Origin: Kofleriaceae bacterium
GTDB taxonomy: Bacteria > Myxococcota_A > Polyangia > Haliangiales > Haliangiaceae
Direction of reading: 5' to 3'
Assembly: GCA_022842285.1 (NCBI GenBank)
Contig: JALHPV010000002.1
Coordinates: forward strand, 15,597-79,596
DNA: 64,000 bases
The notes under the pieces: model-generated
The model's database searches: none
What the model saw: only the letters and a program-made list of their open reading frames with translations
What the model was told of the DNA's origin: nothing
In this document: positions 1 to 9,276 of the stretch, one piece after another
Layout: each line of letters opens with the position of its first letter
How positions within the stretch are numbered: position 1 is the first letter of the stretch
Position numbers and translations under genes: made by a program

Positions 1-512
1 ACGTCCGGGTCATCGCCGCGACTCACCGCTCACTCGCGGAGATGGTCGCGGCCAGGACCTTCCGCGAGGACCTCATGTATCGCCTCGACGTCTTTGCGAT
101 CCACGTGCCGCCACTGCGTGAACGTGTTGGCGATCTCGCTCCCCTCGTGCACGCGATCGTCGGTGAGCTCGCCGCTCGGCTCGCGATCGAACCACCGCCC
201 GTGACCCGCACCCTCCTCGAAGCGCTCGGGGCGCACACGTGGCCCGGCAACGTGCGCGAGCTCGCGAACGTCCTCGAGACCGCGCTCATCCTCGGGGATC
301 GCAAGGCGCTCGTGATTCCGCGCGAGCTCGTGCGAGCACCTCGTCGGGCTGGCTTCGCGTTGGCGATGCGCGCGACGATCGAGGAGGCGCTCCGCCTGAC
401 GCGTGGCAAGATCTACGGTGACGATGGCGCGGCCGCGAGGCTCGCGCTGCCGCCGGCGACGCTTCAGAGCAAGATGAAGAAGCTCGGGATCGATCGCCGG
501 TCGTTTCGCTAG
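1..512 (+). CDS. Sigma-54-dependent transcriptional activator (NtrC-family enhancer-binding protein), C-terminal fragment running in from the left edge
   Basis: The translation has the end of the AAA+ sigma54-interaction domain (FREDLMYRL, WPGNVRELANV) and a C-terminal Fis-type HTH (AAARLALPPATLQSKMKKLGI). The frame is open to position 3, so the N-terminus lies outside the window. Confidence 0.8.
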   Translation, partial: VRVIAATHRSLAEMVAARTFREDLMYRLDVFAIHVPPLRERVGDLAPLVHAIVGELAARLAIEPPPVTRTLLEALGAHTWPGNVRELANVLETALILGDRKALVIPRELVRAPRRAGFALAMRATIEEALRLTRGKIYGDDGAAARLALPPATLQSKMKKLGIDRRSFR

Positions 513-1540
513 CGCTCCATGCCGTCCTCGAAGCGGCCACGGTTCTGGAACTCGAACATCCAGCCCGGGTACTCGGCGGGGAGAGCCGAGACCTTGTCTA
601 GCGCCTCCAGCTGCGCGGTCGAGAGCCTGACCGTCGTCGCGGCGATGTCGTCGGCGAGCTGGGCATCGGTCTTGGCGCCGATGATCACGGAGGTGACGCC
701 GGGCTTCGCGAGGAGGTAGGCGAGCGCGATCTGCGCGACGGAGACGCCGTGCTCGGTCGCGATCGGGCGCATCGCGTCGACACACGCAAAGGCGCGCGGC
801 TTGTCGACGATCGGGAAGTCGAACTGGGCGCGGCGCGCATCGGCGGGGGCGGTGTCCGCCGAGAACTTGCCCGAGAGGAGGCCGCCCGCGAGCGGCGACC
901 ACGGCAGGATGCCGATGCCGTCCTCGAGGGCCATGGGCACGATCTCGCGCTCGATGTCGCGGGCGGCGATGGCGTAGAACATCTGCGCGGAGACATAGCG
1001 AGCGAGGTTGTGCTGCTCGGCGTAGCTGATCGCCTTCTGGGCCTTCCACGCCGGGAGGTTGCAGAAGCCGACGTAGCGGACCTTGCCGGCCTTCACGAGC
1101 GCATCGAGCGCCTCGACGGTCTCCTCGATCGGCGTGACCGGATCCAGGCCGTGGGTCTGATAGAGGTCGATGTAGTCGAGCTGGAGGCGGCGCAGCGACG
1201 CGTCGACGGAGTCGAAGATGTGCTTGCGCGAGAGGCCTGCGCCGTTCGGGCCCTTCGCGGTGCGGCCATGCACCTTCGTGGCAATGACAACGCTGTCGCG
1301 CGCGGTACCGAGCTCCTTGAGAGCGGCTCCGACGAGGCGCTCGCTCTCGCCCTCGTGATAGACGTTCGCCGTATCGATGAAGTTGATGCCCGCCTCGAAA
1401 GCGGTGCGGAGCTGACCGGTGACCGCCTCCTGGCCAAGCTTGCCGATGACCTCCCAGAAGCCCTTGCCTCCGTAGGTCATCGTGCCGAGGCAGAGCTCGG
1501 AGACGTAGAGGCCGGTGCGACCGAGGCGCTTGCTCTTCAT
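509..1540 (-). CDS. Aldo/keto reductase family oxidoreductase (343 aa)
   Basis: The start is taken at the internal ATG (cat at 1538-1540), giving MKSKRLGRTGLYVSELCLGTMTYGG, GINFIDTANVYHEGESE and LDYIDLYQTHG, which are classic AKR motifs. The upstream part of the 537-aa ORF is low-complexity and non-homologous. Confidence 0.85.
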   Translation of the reverse strand: MKSKRLGRTGLYVSELCLGTMTYGGKGFWEVIGKLGQEAVTGQLRTAFEAGINFIDTANVYHEGESERLVGAALKELGTARDSVVIATKVHGRTAKGPNGAGLSRKHIFDSVDASLRRLQLDYIDLYQTHGLDPVTPIEETVEALDALVKAGKVRYVGFCNLPAWKAQKAISYAEQHNLARYVSAQMFYAIAARDIEREIVPMALEDGIGILPWSPLAGGLLSGKFSADTAPADARRAQFDFPIVDKPRAFACVDAMRPIATEHGVSVAQIALAYLLAKPGVTSVIIGAKTDAQLADDIAATTVRLSTAQLEALDKVSALPAEYPGWMFEFQNRGRFEDGMER

Positions 1541-1634
1541 GCCGCCGACGATGCCACGGGGCCCCGCGAGCCGGTGCGCCGGGCGGCCTGGTCGATCGGA
1601 GGGCTGCGCCCAACGATCGCAGGACTGTGACGGG

Positions 1635-2606
1635 TCAGTCGCAGGCCTCTTGGCAGAGGACGTCGAGGTCGTCGGTCCAGGCGCCGGTCGTGGACTGGCA
1701 GAGGGCGTGGCACTGCTCGTTCGTGCCCTCCGCGTACTCGCCGCCGCACGCCGCGTGGCCGCGGGCGTACGAGTCGCAGGTACCGTTGAAGCCATAGACC
1801 CAGCAGATCGCCTCCGACGTGTTGCCGAGCTCGTCGGCGCTGCCGCCGTCGATGTCGTAGCAATCGGCCATGCAGCTATCGAGGACGCCGAGGCACGTGG
1901 CGGACTGGTCGGCGTAGAAGGGGAGGGCCTTGATGATGTCCTCGCAGACGGCGGAGGCCCCCTCGTACGAAGCGCAGACGGAGTCGCAGCGCTCGTCGGT
2001 GGACTCGGCCATGCAGCCTTCGAAGAGGGCGCGGGCGCGAGCCGGGCCGACAGCACCATTGAAGGCGGCGAGCTTGTCGAAGCTGCAGCGGCGCGCCTTC
2101 TGGATACACGTTCCGGCATCATCGGGCTCGAGGGGCTCGGGCTCCACGGGGTCGGTGCCCGTGCACGGGCCGGTGACGCAGGTGACGCGAAGCTCGTAGC
2201 GACCGGCGCCGTCGCCCTGGTAGGGCTTCACGCCGATGTAGTGGCGGCCGCTCTCGGTGAGCGCGTAGGTCTTCACGATCCTCGTCGTGGTGCGGTTGAA
2301 CGAGGCGGAGCGGACGTGAACCGTCCCGCCGAAGTAGAGGGTGAAGTGCGGCGCGAGATCGCCATCGGTGACGGTCTGCGTGATCGCGATCGTGGAGTTC
2401 TTGCGGAGGTCGATCGCGTAGACGTCGAGTTGCTCCCCTTCGACGTACCCCGTGCCGACCTGGTTGAAGGCGAGGACGGGGGCGGTGTCGAGGAGGCCGT
2501 CGGCCTTGCCGGTGCTGATGGCCTCGGTGCCCCAGTCATCCACATAGGTGGTGTCGGTGACCGCACACGCGGCGACGAGAGCGAAGCCAAGATAAGCGAG
2601 GCGCAT
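1635..2606 (-). CDS. Secreted Cys-rich lipoprotein, function unknown (323 aa)
   Basis: The internal ATG at 2604-2606 gives MRLAYLGFALVAAC, a lipobox signal. The N-terminal half is beta-rich and pre-peptidase-C-terminal-like (YAIDL...GRHYIGVKPYQGDGAGRYELRV). The C-terminal half has 18 Cys by my count. Confidence 0.6.
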   Translation of the reverse strand: MRLAYLGFALVAACAVTDTTYVDDWGTEAISTGKADGLLDTAPVLAFNQVGTGYVEGEQLDVYAIDLRKNSTIAITQTVTDGDLAPHFTLYFGGTVHVRSASFNRTTTRIVKTYALTESGRHYIGVKPYQGDGAGRYELRVTCVTGPCTGTDPVEPEPLEPDDAGTCIQKARRCSFDKLAAFNGAVGPARARALFEGCMAESTDERCDSVCASYEGASAVCEDIIKALPFYADQSATCLGVLDSCMADCYDIDGGSADELGNTSEAICWVYGFNGTCDSYARGHAACGGEYAEGTNEQCHALCQSTTGAWTDDLDVLCQEACD

Positions 2607-2845
2607 GATGGCCGCGCTCTCAGCAAAGGTTGCGCCCGGGCAATGCCGCGATACTCCGTGGGGCGATCGCTGGCCACAGGATGTGTAGCCGGCCGCTCGG
2701 TGCGCCACTGCAAACTCGTTCGCGCAGTCGTTCGCGTGACTCGCAGGAAGTGCGGCGTACCATCGAAGTGTGCGGTTGCTGCTGCTGGCTCTGCTGGTGC
2801 TGAAATGCCGCGAGCAGTCAGTCCGCGGACCGTCGGGAGGTCGCG

Positions 2846-3253
2846 CTAGGTCCCCGCGAGCGCGACCCGAGCGAGCGCGGTGACGGCCTCGCGCGCGTAC
2901 CCGCGGCGCACGTGGGTCGGAGCGACGTAGCAGTCGATCGCGCACTGGTTCGCGGCGCGTGTGATCGCGACCATGCCGACCACCTCACCCGTCGCATGAC
3001 TCCGCATCACGAACGCGAGCCGGCTGCCTTCTTCGGTCGCCGCGGCCATCACCGCGAACGGCACGTGCAGCCAGGTCGGCGCGTCGTCACACGTGCGAAG
3101 CAGCTCCACGGCGGCGGCATCGTCGCGTTGCAAGGCGCGGAGCTGGAGGCGCGGCGTGTCCACGGCCAGGACGTCGGCGACGATGTCGGCGGTGACGTCG
3201 AGGATGCGCGGCAGCGAGGACGAGGCGGAGGGGCAGGTCTCGAGGGCGTGCAT
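2846..3253 (-). CDS. GNAT-family N-acetyltransferase, short and possibly C-terminally truncated
   Basis: It has a RimJ/RimL-like N-terminus (TPRLQLRALQRDDAAAVELL) and an acetyl-CoA motif-A-like VAPTHVRRGYAREAV, but ends soon after motif A. The start is uncertain: ATG at 3253 or TTG at 3289. Confidence 0.5.
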   Translation of the reverse strand: MHALETCPSASSSLPRILDVTADIVADVLAVDTPRLQLRALQRDDAAAVELLRTCDDAPTWLHVPFAVMAAATEEGSRLAFVMRSHATGEVVGMVAITRAANQCAIDCYVAPTHVRRGYAREAVTALARVALAGT

Positions 3254-3310
3254 GTAGAGACCCACGCAAGCCGCGGCGAAACCCTGCAACGATTGCGTAA
3301 TCCATTAATA

Positions 3311-4492
3311 CTATTCGAGTTTTGCGGCGTGTCGCTCGAGCCAGTCCGGTCCCGGGAACGTCCCCGTCCGCCACCGGGGCAGGATGTTGTCCGTGGGCGT
3401 GAGCAGCCCCGCCTCCACGACGCTGGCCCACGGCACGCTGTGGACCGCCTTGGCTTCCGGGGCGTCGTCCTCGAGCTCGACGAAGAGCACTTCCTCGACC
3501 GGTGGTAGCAACGCGCCCTCGGAGCCCTTGGTCCACACGGCGCGTGTCATGAACTCTCCACCGGGCAGCTCGAAGACCTTCAGCGCCGCGTAGTAGACGT
3601 CCACATCTCGCCGGTTCATCCGTTCGGCTTCTTCGCCGTAATCCATGGCGGCTTCCATCAGCACGAGCTCGCGATACTTGGCGGTCAGCTTGGCGGTCGC
3701 GGGCGGCACGGCCTCGCGCAGCGTGGTGCCTTCGAGCTGGAAGATGCGGCGCGAGATCGCATACGGCTGCTCGTGCATCTCGACAAGCAACGAGACGAGC
3801 TTGTCGAACGCGTCGGGATCGCGCGGATCAGCGAGCACGAGCGTCTCGCGGTTCGGCACCATCACGTACGGATCGATACACACCCGGTGCAGCAGGTCTG
3901 GCAGGAGGATGCGCGCCGCCGCGTAGGAGTCGGTCCACGGCCCGATCCAGACGCCCGGGGCGATGACGGTGAATGGATCGAGCGAGCCGGTGCGCAGCCT
4001 CGATAGCGCATGGGTGAAGGCCTCCTCGAAGGACACCTCCCAGGTCTCGAGCTGGTTCTCGCTCACGATGGACATCGAGACCTCACCATCCACGACGAGG
4101 CTCGTGTGGAGGCCAGGCGCCAACAGGTTTCCGGCAATGCGGGGTTCATCGCCCCCCTCGACCATGAGCGGTACGAGCGCGACGTACCCCGTGCTGCGCA
4201 CCGTGGGTAGCAGGAGGTCCTTCGCATCGGCGTACGAGGCGGGAGCCGCAGGGCTGTTCACGCTCGCGAGCACGCGGGCCTCGATGAATGCGTGACGCTC
4301 GCGGCGCGGCACCTCCAGAAATACCTGGTGCAGGTTGCCGAGCATCATCGTTCGCCCGCCTTCGCGAATCGACATCGCGGCCTCGTCGACTGTCGGGTCC
4401 GTCCACAGGCCGCGCTCCCGTCCCATCTTCACGACGAGGCGCGTGAACGCGGGCCCATCGAGTGCGCCAATTCCGAACAGCTTACTGAACAT
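3311..4492 (-). CDS. Hypothetical cytoplasmic protein (393 aa)
   Basis: This is a long ORF with balanced, non-low-complexity composition and an ATG start. It overlaps the stop of the upstream cytochrome gene by 11 nt, so it is probably co-transcribed. I recognise no confident family. Confidence 0.6.
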   Translation of the reverse strand: MFSKLFGIGALDGPAFTRLVVKMGRERGLWTDPTVDEAAMSIREGGRTMMLGNLHQVFLEVPRRERHAFIEARVLASVNSPAAPASYADAKDLLLPTVRSTGYVALVPLMVEGGDEPRIAGNLLAPGLHTSLVVDGEVSMSIVSENQLETWEVSFEEAFTHALSRLRTGSLDPFTVIAPGVWIGPWTDSYAAARILLPDLLHRVCIDPYVMVPNRETLVLADPRDPDAFDKLVSLLVEMHEQPYAISRRIFQLEGTTLREAVPPATAKLTAKYRELVLMEAAMDYGEEAERMNRRDVDVYYAALKVFELPGGEFMTRAVWTKGSEGALLPPVEEVLFVELEDDAPEAKAVHSVPWASVVEAGLLTPTDNILPRWRTGTFPGPDWLERHAAKLE

Positions 4493-6281
4493 CGATGTCT
4501 CGACTCTCTGCGATGTAGTGGTTCGCGCGGCCCCGGGCGAGAGCCTCTTCGTATAGCGCGCGGCGCTCGGGCGTCAGCTTCCCGCGGAGGCGCTTCTCGT
4601 AGAGGCGCTCGTAGTAGTCGTCGGGATGGACCTCGATCGTCACCCGGGCCCGCTGCGTTGCGGCCGTGGTCGACCACTTCCCCTCGAGCTCGAGGTACTC
4701 GCCCGGCGGGATGCGGGTATCCGAGCCTTCGCGCCAGCCGCCGGCGTCGGGGTAGACGTCACGGCCGATGCGCTTGCTGATGCGCGTCGAGGCGATCGGA
4801 GCCCCGTGCTCGTCGAGCAGCTCGAGGATGAGGTAGGCCGCAGGCGTGGGCGTCGTCGGCAGGTAGTGGCCGGCGCCGACGTTGGTGATGCGCGCGGTGG
4901 CGATCGTCTTCGACTCGTAGCGCACGGCCTCGGCGTCGAGGCGATACCCCTGGCGGAACGTGTCCGGATCGTGGATGCCGAGGAACGTGTGCTCGCGGTT
5001 GGGCATGTGGCAGTGCTGGCACTGCACCCCGCGCGGCATGTACGGCCCTTCGAGCCACTCGCGGTACGTGTCGAGTAGCGGCTTGCCCGCGACGGCCGTG
5101 CGCGGCGGCAGCTGATGGCAGCCGATGCAGAGATCGCTGCGCTCGTAGATGGCGAGCTCGACGAGCGGATACGACGGGCTCGCGAGCAGCGACGGGGCGA
5201 CGCGCGGAGGGCCATGACGCGTCCAGTTGCGCACGTGGCAGCCCGCGCAGGACGCACCATCGGCGTAGAGCGTGTCGTCGGTGAGTTGCTCGGCGAGGGG
5301 AGCGTGGCACCGCATGCAGGAGGCGCGTGCGTCGGCCGCGAGCGGGGCCATCTGGGCGGCGAGGCCCGGCGAGGTGGCGCGGGCGTGCAGCGACGGAGTC
5401 CACTCGCGGAACTGCTTCGCGTGACAGCGGGCGCATTGCTTCGCCGAGAGCTGGGCCTGGGCCGGGGCGAGCGTCGATGGCGGGGCGCCCATTGGCGCGA
5501 TGTCACCGCCGAAGATGCGCGACTCGTAGGGATCCGCCGCGGGCCAGCGACCGATCGGGATGCGCGTCGCCTGGTCGCGGCGGATCGCGCCCGCCGACAT
5601 CGCGCGCGACGGCTTCGCGCCCGCGTTCAGCGCGACGATATAATCGGCCAGCGCCCAGCGGTCCTCCGCGGAGAGCGACGCATAGGCGGGCATCGCGGTG
5701 CCCGGCAGGCCGGTCGTGATCGAGAGCGCCACCGCCTCGCGCGGATCGCTCGCGGGATCGCGCGGGCGACGCAGCGGCTCGCGCGCGAGATCGTACGGCG
5801 GAGCTTCGAGCGACGCGTTGCCGTGACACGACGTGCAGCCCATGTCGTGCCACAGCTCGGCACCGGACTTCGCGGGCGAGGCCGGCGCGATCGTGATCGC
5901 GGCCCCCCCAGGTCCGGTCCACGCGGCGGGGGCGAACGCCTTCACGACGTCGATCAGGTCCGCGATCTCTCCGTCGGAGAGGGCGGCCCCCGGCATCGAG
6001 GTTCCGGGCGCCCCGTACCGGATCAGCGTCCGCAGATCCTGGTCGCTGGGCCGCTCCGTGGTCGAGCGCCACTTGTAGATGCCCGCGGTCAGATCGCGCG
6101 GAGATGTGCGCGTGAAGGGCGCGCCCGGCCCCCGGCCATCGCCTGACGCACCGTGGCACGCGAGGCAGTAGCGATCGTAGAGCGCCCATCCGGGGAGGTC
6201 GCGGGGACTCGGCGGCGGCGACGGGGGCATGACCCACGCCGCGAGCACGGCCAGGCCAAGCGCGAGCACCGCGAGACGCAT
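4482..6281 (-). CDS. Exported multiheme c-type cytochrome with seven CxxCH motifs (599 aa)
   Basis: The internal ATG at 6279-6281 gives the signal peptide [16 protein letters not shown]. The heme motifs are CLACH, CTSCH, CARCH, CMRCH, CAGCH, CIGCH and CQHCH. The remainder of the 908-aa ORF upstream is antisense to fabH and was rejected. Confidence 0.8.
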   Translation of the reverse strand: MRLAVLALGLAVLAAWVMPPSPPPSPRDLPGWALYDRYCLACHGASGDGRGPGAPFTRTSPRDLTAGIYKWRSTTERPSDQDLRTLIRYGAPGTSMPGAALSDGEIADLIDVVKAFAPAAWTGPGGAAITIAPASPAKSGAELWHDMGCTSCHGNASLEAPPYDLAREPLRRPRDPASDPREAVALSITTGLPGTAMPAYASLSAEDRWALADYIVALNAGAKPSRAMSAGAIRRDQATRIPIGRWPAADPYESRIFGGDIAPMGAPPSTLAPAQAQLSAKQCARCHAKQFREWTPSLHARATSPGLAAQMAPLAADARASCMRCHAPLAEQLTDDTLYADGASCAGCHVRNWTRHGPPRVAPSLLASPSYPLVELAIYERSDLCIGCHQLPPRTAVAGKPLLDTYREWLEGPYMPRGVQCQHCHMPNREHTFLGIHDPDTFRQGYRLDAEAVRYESKTIATARITNVGAGHYLPTTPTPAAYLILELLDEHGAPIASTRISKRIGRDVYPDAGGWREGSDTRIPPGEYLELEGKWSTTAATQRARVTIEVHPDDYYERLYEKRLRGKLTPERRALYEEALARGRANHYIAESRDIDVQ

Positions 6282-6371
6282 CCCCACGAGCCTGTCGTAA
6301 CGCAGCGTGTAACGCCAGAGTTGGCGCGGTGCTCTTGAAGGCCTCGTCGGAAAAGCGATATCCAACGCCAA

Positions 6372-7430
6372 ATGATTCGCACGAAGGTGATGGGGCTCGG
6401 TAGCTATGTGCCCGACCGCATCGTCAAGAACGAAGAGATTCCGTTCCTCGACGAGAAGCATGTCCGCCAGGCGACGAAGCAGACCGAGACGGACGACGAG
6501 TGGATCCAGCGGCGCACCGGCATCAAGGAGCGTCGCTATGTCCCGCAGGACGGCACCACCGCGACGAGCGACCTCGCCCTCGAAGCAGCCAAGCGCGCGA
6601 TCGCCGACGCGGGCCTCCAGCCGACGGACATCGACTGCATCATCCTGGGCACGCTCTCGCCCGACATTCACTTCCCCGGCACGGCCGTGTTCGTGCAGAA
6701 GAAGCTCGGCATCGCCGACAAGACGAACTGCGCGTGCTTCGATATTCGTCAGCAGTGCTCGTCGTTCGTGTACGGCATGCAGATGGCCGACGCGTTCGTG
6801 CGGACCGGCATGTACAAGCGCATCCTGCTCATCGGCGCGGAGCTCCACAGCCACTCGCTCGACTACTCGACGCGTGGTCGCGACGTGATGGTGCTCTTCG
6901 GCGACGGCGCGGGCGCGATGGTCCTGGGGCCGATGGAGACCGACGATGCCAAGGCGGGCATCATGTACACGTCGGCACATGCGGACGGTAACGGCGCGAT
7001 GGACCTCTATCTCAAGATCTTCGAGATCGCGAAGGCGCCCTATGTCGGCTACGACGCGAACAACCGCGACGAAAACCAGATCAAGTATCCGCAGATGGAC
7101 GGCAAGCGGGTCTTCCTGAACGCGGTCCGCGGCATGGTCATGTCGACGCAGGCGGCGCTCGCGAAGACCGGCCTGTCGTGGGACGACATCACGTGGTTCG
7201 TGCCGCACCAGGCCAACCTCCGCATCAACGAGAAGGTCGTCGAGGTCGCGAAGATTCCGCCCGAGAAGGTGCTGAACACCATCGACCTGTTCGGCAACAC
7301 GACCGCGGCGACGGTGCCGCTCACGATCGACTACTGGCGCCAGCAGGGCAAGGTGAAGAAGGGCGACCGGATCCTGTCGTCGGTCTTCGGCTCTGGCTTC
7401 ACCTGGGGCGCGGCGATCTTCCAGGTCTGA
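6372..7430 (+). CDS. fabH: 3-oxoacyl-ACP synthase III (KAS III / FabH-like)
   Basis: It has the thiolase-fold KAS III pattern. The catalytic Cys sits in [13 protein letters not shown], the His in VPHQANLRI and the Asn in [10 protein letters not shown], with a GSGFTWGA C-terminus. The gene is stand-alone, not in a fab cluster. Confidence 0.8.
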   Translation: MIRTKVMGLGSYVPDRIVKNEEIPFLDEKHVRQATKQTETDDEWIQRRTGIKERRYVPQDGTTATSDLALEAAKRAIADAGLQPTDIDCIILGTLSPDIHFPGTAVFVQKKLGIADKTNCACFDIRQQCSSFVYGMQMADAFVRTGMYKRILLIGAELHSHSLDYSTRGRDVMVLFGDGAGAMVLGPMETDDAKAGIMYTSAHADGNGAMDLYLKIFEIAKAPYVGYDANNRDENQIKYPQMDGKRVFLNAVRGMVMSTQAALAKTGLSWDDITWFVPHQANLRINEKVVEVAKIPPEKVLNTIDLFGNTTAATVPLTIDYWRQQGKVKKGDRILSSVFGSGFTWGAAIFQV

Positions 7431-7549
7431 CCGCCCCTCCGGGCGATTTGCACGATCTGATCAGCCGGCTAGCCGGGTAGCCACGAGCTCCCAACCTCGC
7501 GAGGATCCTCGTGGTCCCGTGGGCACGGCCACTGCAACTTGCCGTGGGC

Positions 7550-9265
7550 ATGCGCGGCAACTGGCTTCTCGGCTTTACGACGGTCCTCGTCCTCGGCGGT
7601 TGCTCCGCAGGCGGTGACCCCAATGACAAGGCGCCCGGTGACTGGGTGCCTGGCAAGGGCGATGGCGCGTTCGAGCTGGTCGAGGCAGGCCCGGCCCCCA
7701 TCGGCGGCAGCACGACGCTCGCGCTCGATGGCCGCGTGCCGGCGTTCCGCGTCGAGTCGTTCGGGAACACCGAGCTCACCATCGATGTGAAGGCCGACGA
7801 CGGCTACGTGATCGTGGAAGGTCCGCTCGACGGCAACGGCGATCGCGTCGCGGTCGGTGGCGGCTCGGTCGTCGCCGAGGATGACGACAGCGGCGACGGC
7901 TACGACGCGAGCGTGACCGTGAAGCTCGAGCGCGCCGGCGTGTACCGCATCCTCGCGGGCACCTTCGAGTCGCTCGGCGTGGGCGAGCGCGCGACGGGCG
8001 AGGTCGAGCTCGCAGTGGCGTGCAAGGCGAACTGTACCCGCGGCTCGATCGATCAGAAGACGTTCGTGCGCGCGCTCCAGGCGCAGAGCGGCGGCGCGTT
8101 CAGCGAGATGCTGAAGGGCGAGCTCGCGGCCCTCGTGCACGATCCTGCCGCCGCGACCGCGCTCGGGGCCCGGCTCGACGCGATCCTCGCCGACCCCGAT
8201 CTCGAGGGCATCGAGCGCTTCCCGACCTTCTCGCTGACGCAGATCGCGACGCTGCGGCCGGCGCTCGGTGGCCTCAATGCCGAGGCGCCTGCGCCCGACC
8301 AGGTGATCACGGGTGACCTCCAGCAGATCCTCGGCGGCTGCACGCCGGACCGCTCGCTCCCCGCGGACCTCGACGCCCGGCTCCCCGGCGTGAAGTACGG
8401 CCACTTCCCGGACGCGACCCTCGCGCCCTGCCAGTTCGCGCATGCCGACAAGCTCGCGCAGGTGCTGACCTCCCTCGCCGCCGACAACGGCTCGTCGGTG
8501 ACGTTCAAGGGCGAGACGATCAACTCTCCGAAGGCGCTGTTCGCCGCGCTCCTCGCGTCGGGTCACTCCGTCGAGGTCCGCAACGAGCGCACCTACGCGA
8601 ACTTCCTCTCCGCCATCGTCGGGGACAAGGACCTCGTCTGGCCGGTGTGGCTCGACACCGGCATCACGCTGTCGAACGGCGAGACGTTCGTCATCCCGAT
8701 GGGGCACAGCCACCACGCGTGGCGCATCAGCGGTCCGAACGTGAACACGCGCGTGATGTTCTACCTCGGCATCTCCGGCACGGCCTTCTGGGGCCAGACG
8801 GGGACGCGCCCCGCATGGACCGGCGAGATCGTGTCGGCCGCGACGACCGTCTCCGGTACGACCGGCGCCGACGCCGAGTACCTCCTCTCGACCCTGGATG
8901 CCGCGACGACGTACCTCCAGCGCAACCGCGTCGAGCGCACCACGGTGGCCGCGGGCATGCCGGCGGACGGCTACGGCTACGTCGGCGTCTGCAACGATTC
9001 CAATGCGACGCTCGAGCTCGCGACGAAGGGCACGATCTCGGCGTTCCCGCTCCTGCGCGCCAAGGAGCTCGACGCCGAGGCCGACCTCGGCGATGGCCTC
9101 GACGCCACCGTGAAGGCGCTCCCGAACGACGCCGACGGCATCACCGACCGCGCCGATGCCCTCCGCCGCGCCGTCGCCATGCAGCCGCACCCGAACGGCT
9201 CGCCGCTCATTCTCGACGCGAAGCTGGCGGCTCAGATTGCCGCCGCGCGCGCCGAGGTCCGCTAG
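7550..9265 (+). CDS. Secreted lipoprotein, function unknown (571 aa)
   Basis: The ATG at 7550 gives MRGNWLLGFTTVLVLGGC, a lipobox. The N-terminal domain is beta-sandwich-like (TELTIDVKADDGYVIVEG...AGVYRILAGTFES...GEVELAV). The remainder has no family I recognise. Confidence 0.65.
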   Translation: MRGNWLLGFTTVLVLGGCSAGGDPNDKAPGDWVPGKGDGAFELVEAGPAPIGGSTTLALDGRVPAFRVESFGNTELTIDVKADDGYVIVEGPLDGNGDRVAVGGGSVVAEDDDSGDGYDASVTVKLERAGVYRILAGTFESLGVGERATGEVELAVACKANCTRGSIDQKTFVRALQAQSGGAFSEMLKGELAALVHDPAAATALGARLDAILADPDLEGIERFPTFSLTQIATLRPALGGLNAEAPAPDQVITGDLQQILGGCTPDRSLPADLDARLPGVKYGHFPDATLAPCQFAHADKLAQVLTSLAADNGSSVTFKGETINSPKALFAALLASGHSVEVRNERTYANFLSAIVGDKDLVWPVWLDTGITLSNGETFVIPMGHSHHAWRISGPNVNTRVMFYLGISGTAFWGQTGTRPAWTGEIVSAATTVSGTTGADAEYLLSTLDAATTYLQRNRVERTTVAAGMPADGYGYVGVCNDSNATLELATKGTISAFPLLRAKELDAEADLGDGLDATVKALPNDADGITDRADALRRAVAMQPHPNGSPLILDAKLAAQIAAARAEVR

Positions 9266-9276
9266 GCCTCACGTCA

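Noticed and set aside
2607-2845. A 239-bp gap downstream of the short GNAT gene. I considered whether it holds the missing GNAT C-terminus in another frame (a frameshifted gene).
   Set aside because: Translations of the other two minus-strand frames across the gap show no GNAT-like beta6-beta7 sequence. I therefore report only a possibly truncated GNAT.
6282-7208. The N-terminal 309 codons of the 908-aa track ORF (4482-7208, minus strand).
   Set aside because: This part is antisense to the fabH-like gene, has no homology, and precedes a clear signal peptide starting at the ATG at 6281. Similar spurious 5' extensions were trimmed from these track ORFs: 509-2122, 1635-2945, 13579-14922, 15015-17834, 21355-24489, 23200-24705, 24695-26053, 37662-38051, 38561-42334 and 52529-55243.
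7469-9190. A 573-aa ORF on the minus strand, opposite the lipoprotein gene at 7550-9265.
   Set aside because: It is a shadow ORF typical of high-GC DNA. Its translation is dominated by R/G/D/E/A/H/V runs with no recognisable motif, it has no plausible signal or start context, and it fully overlaps a plus-strand ORF with a clean lipoprotein signal and balanced composition.
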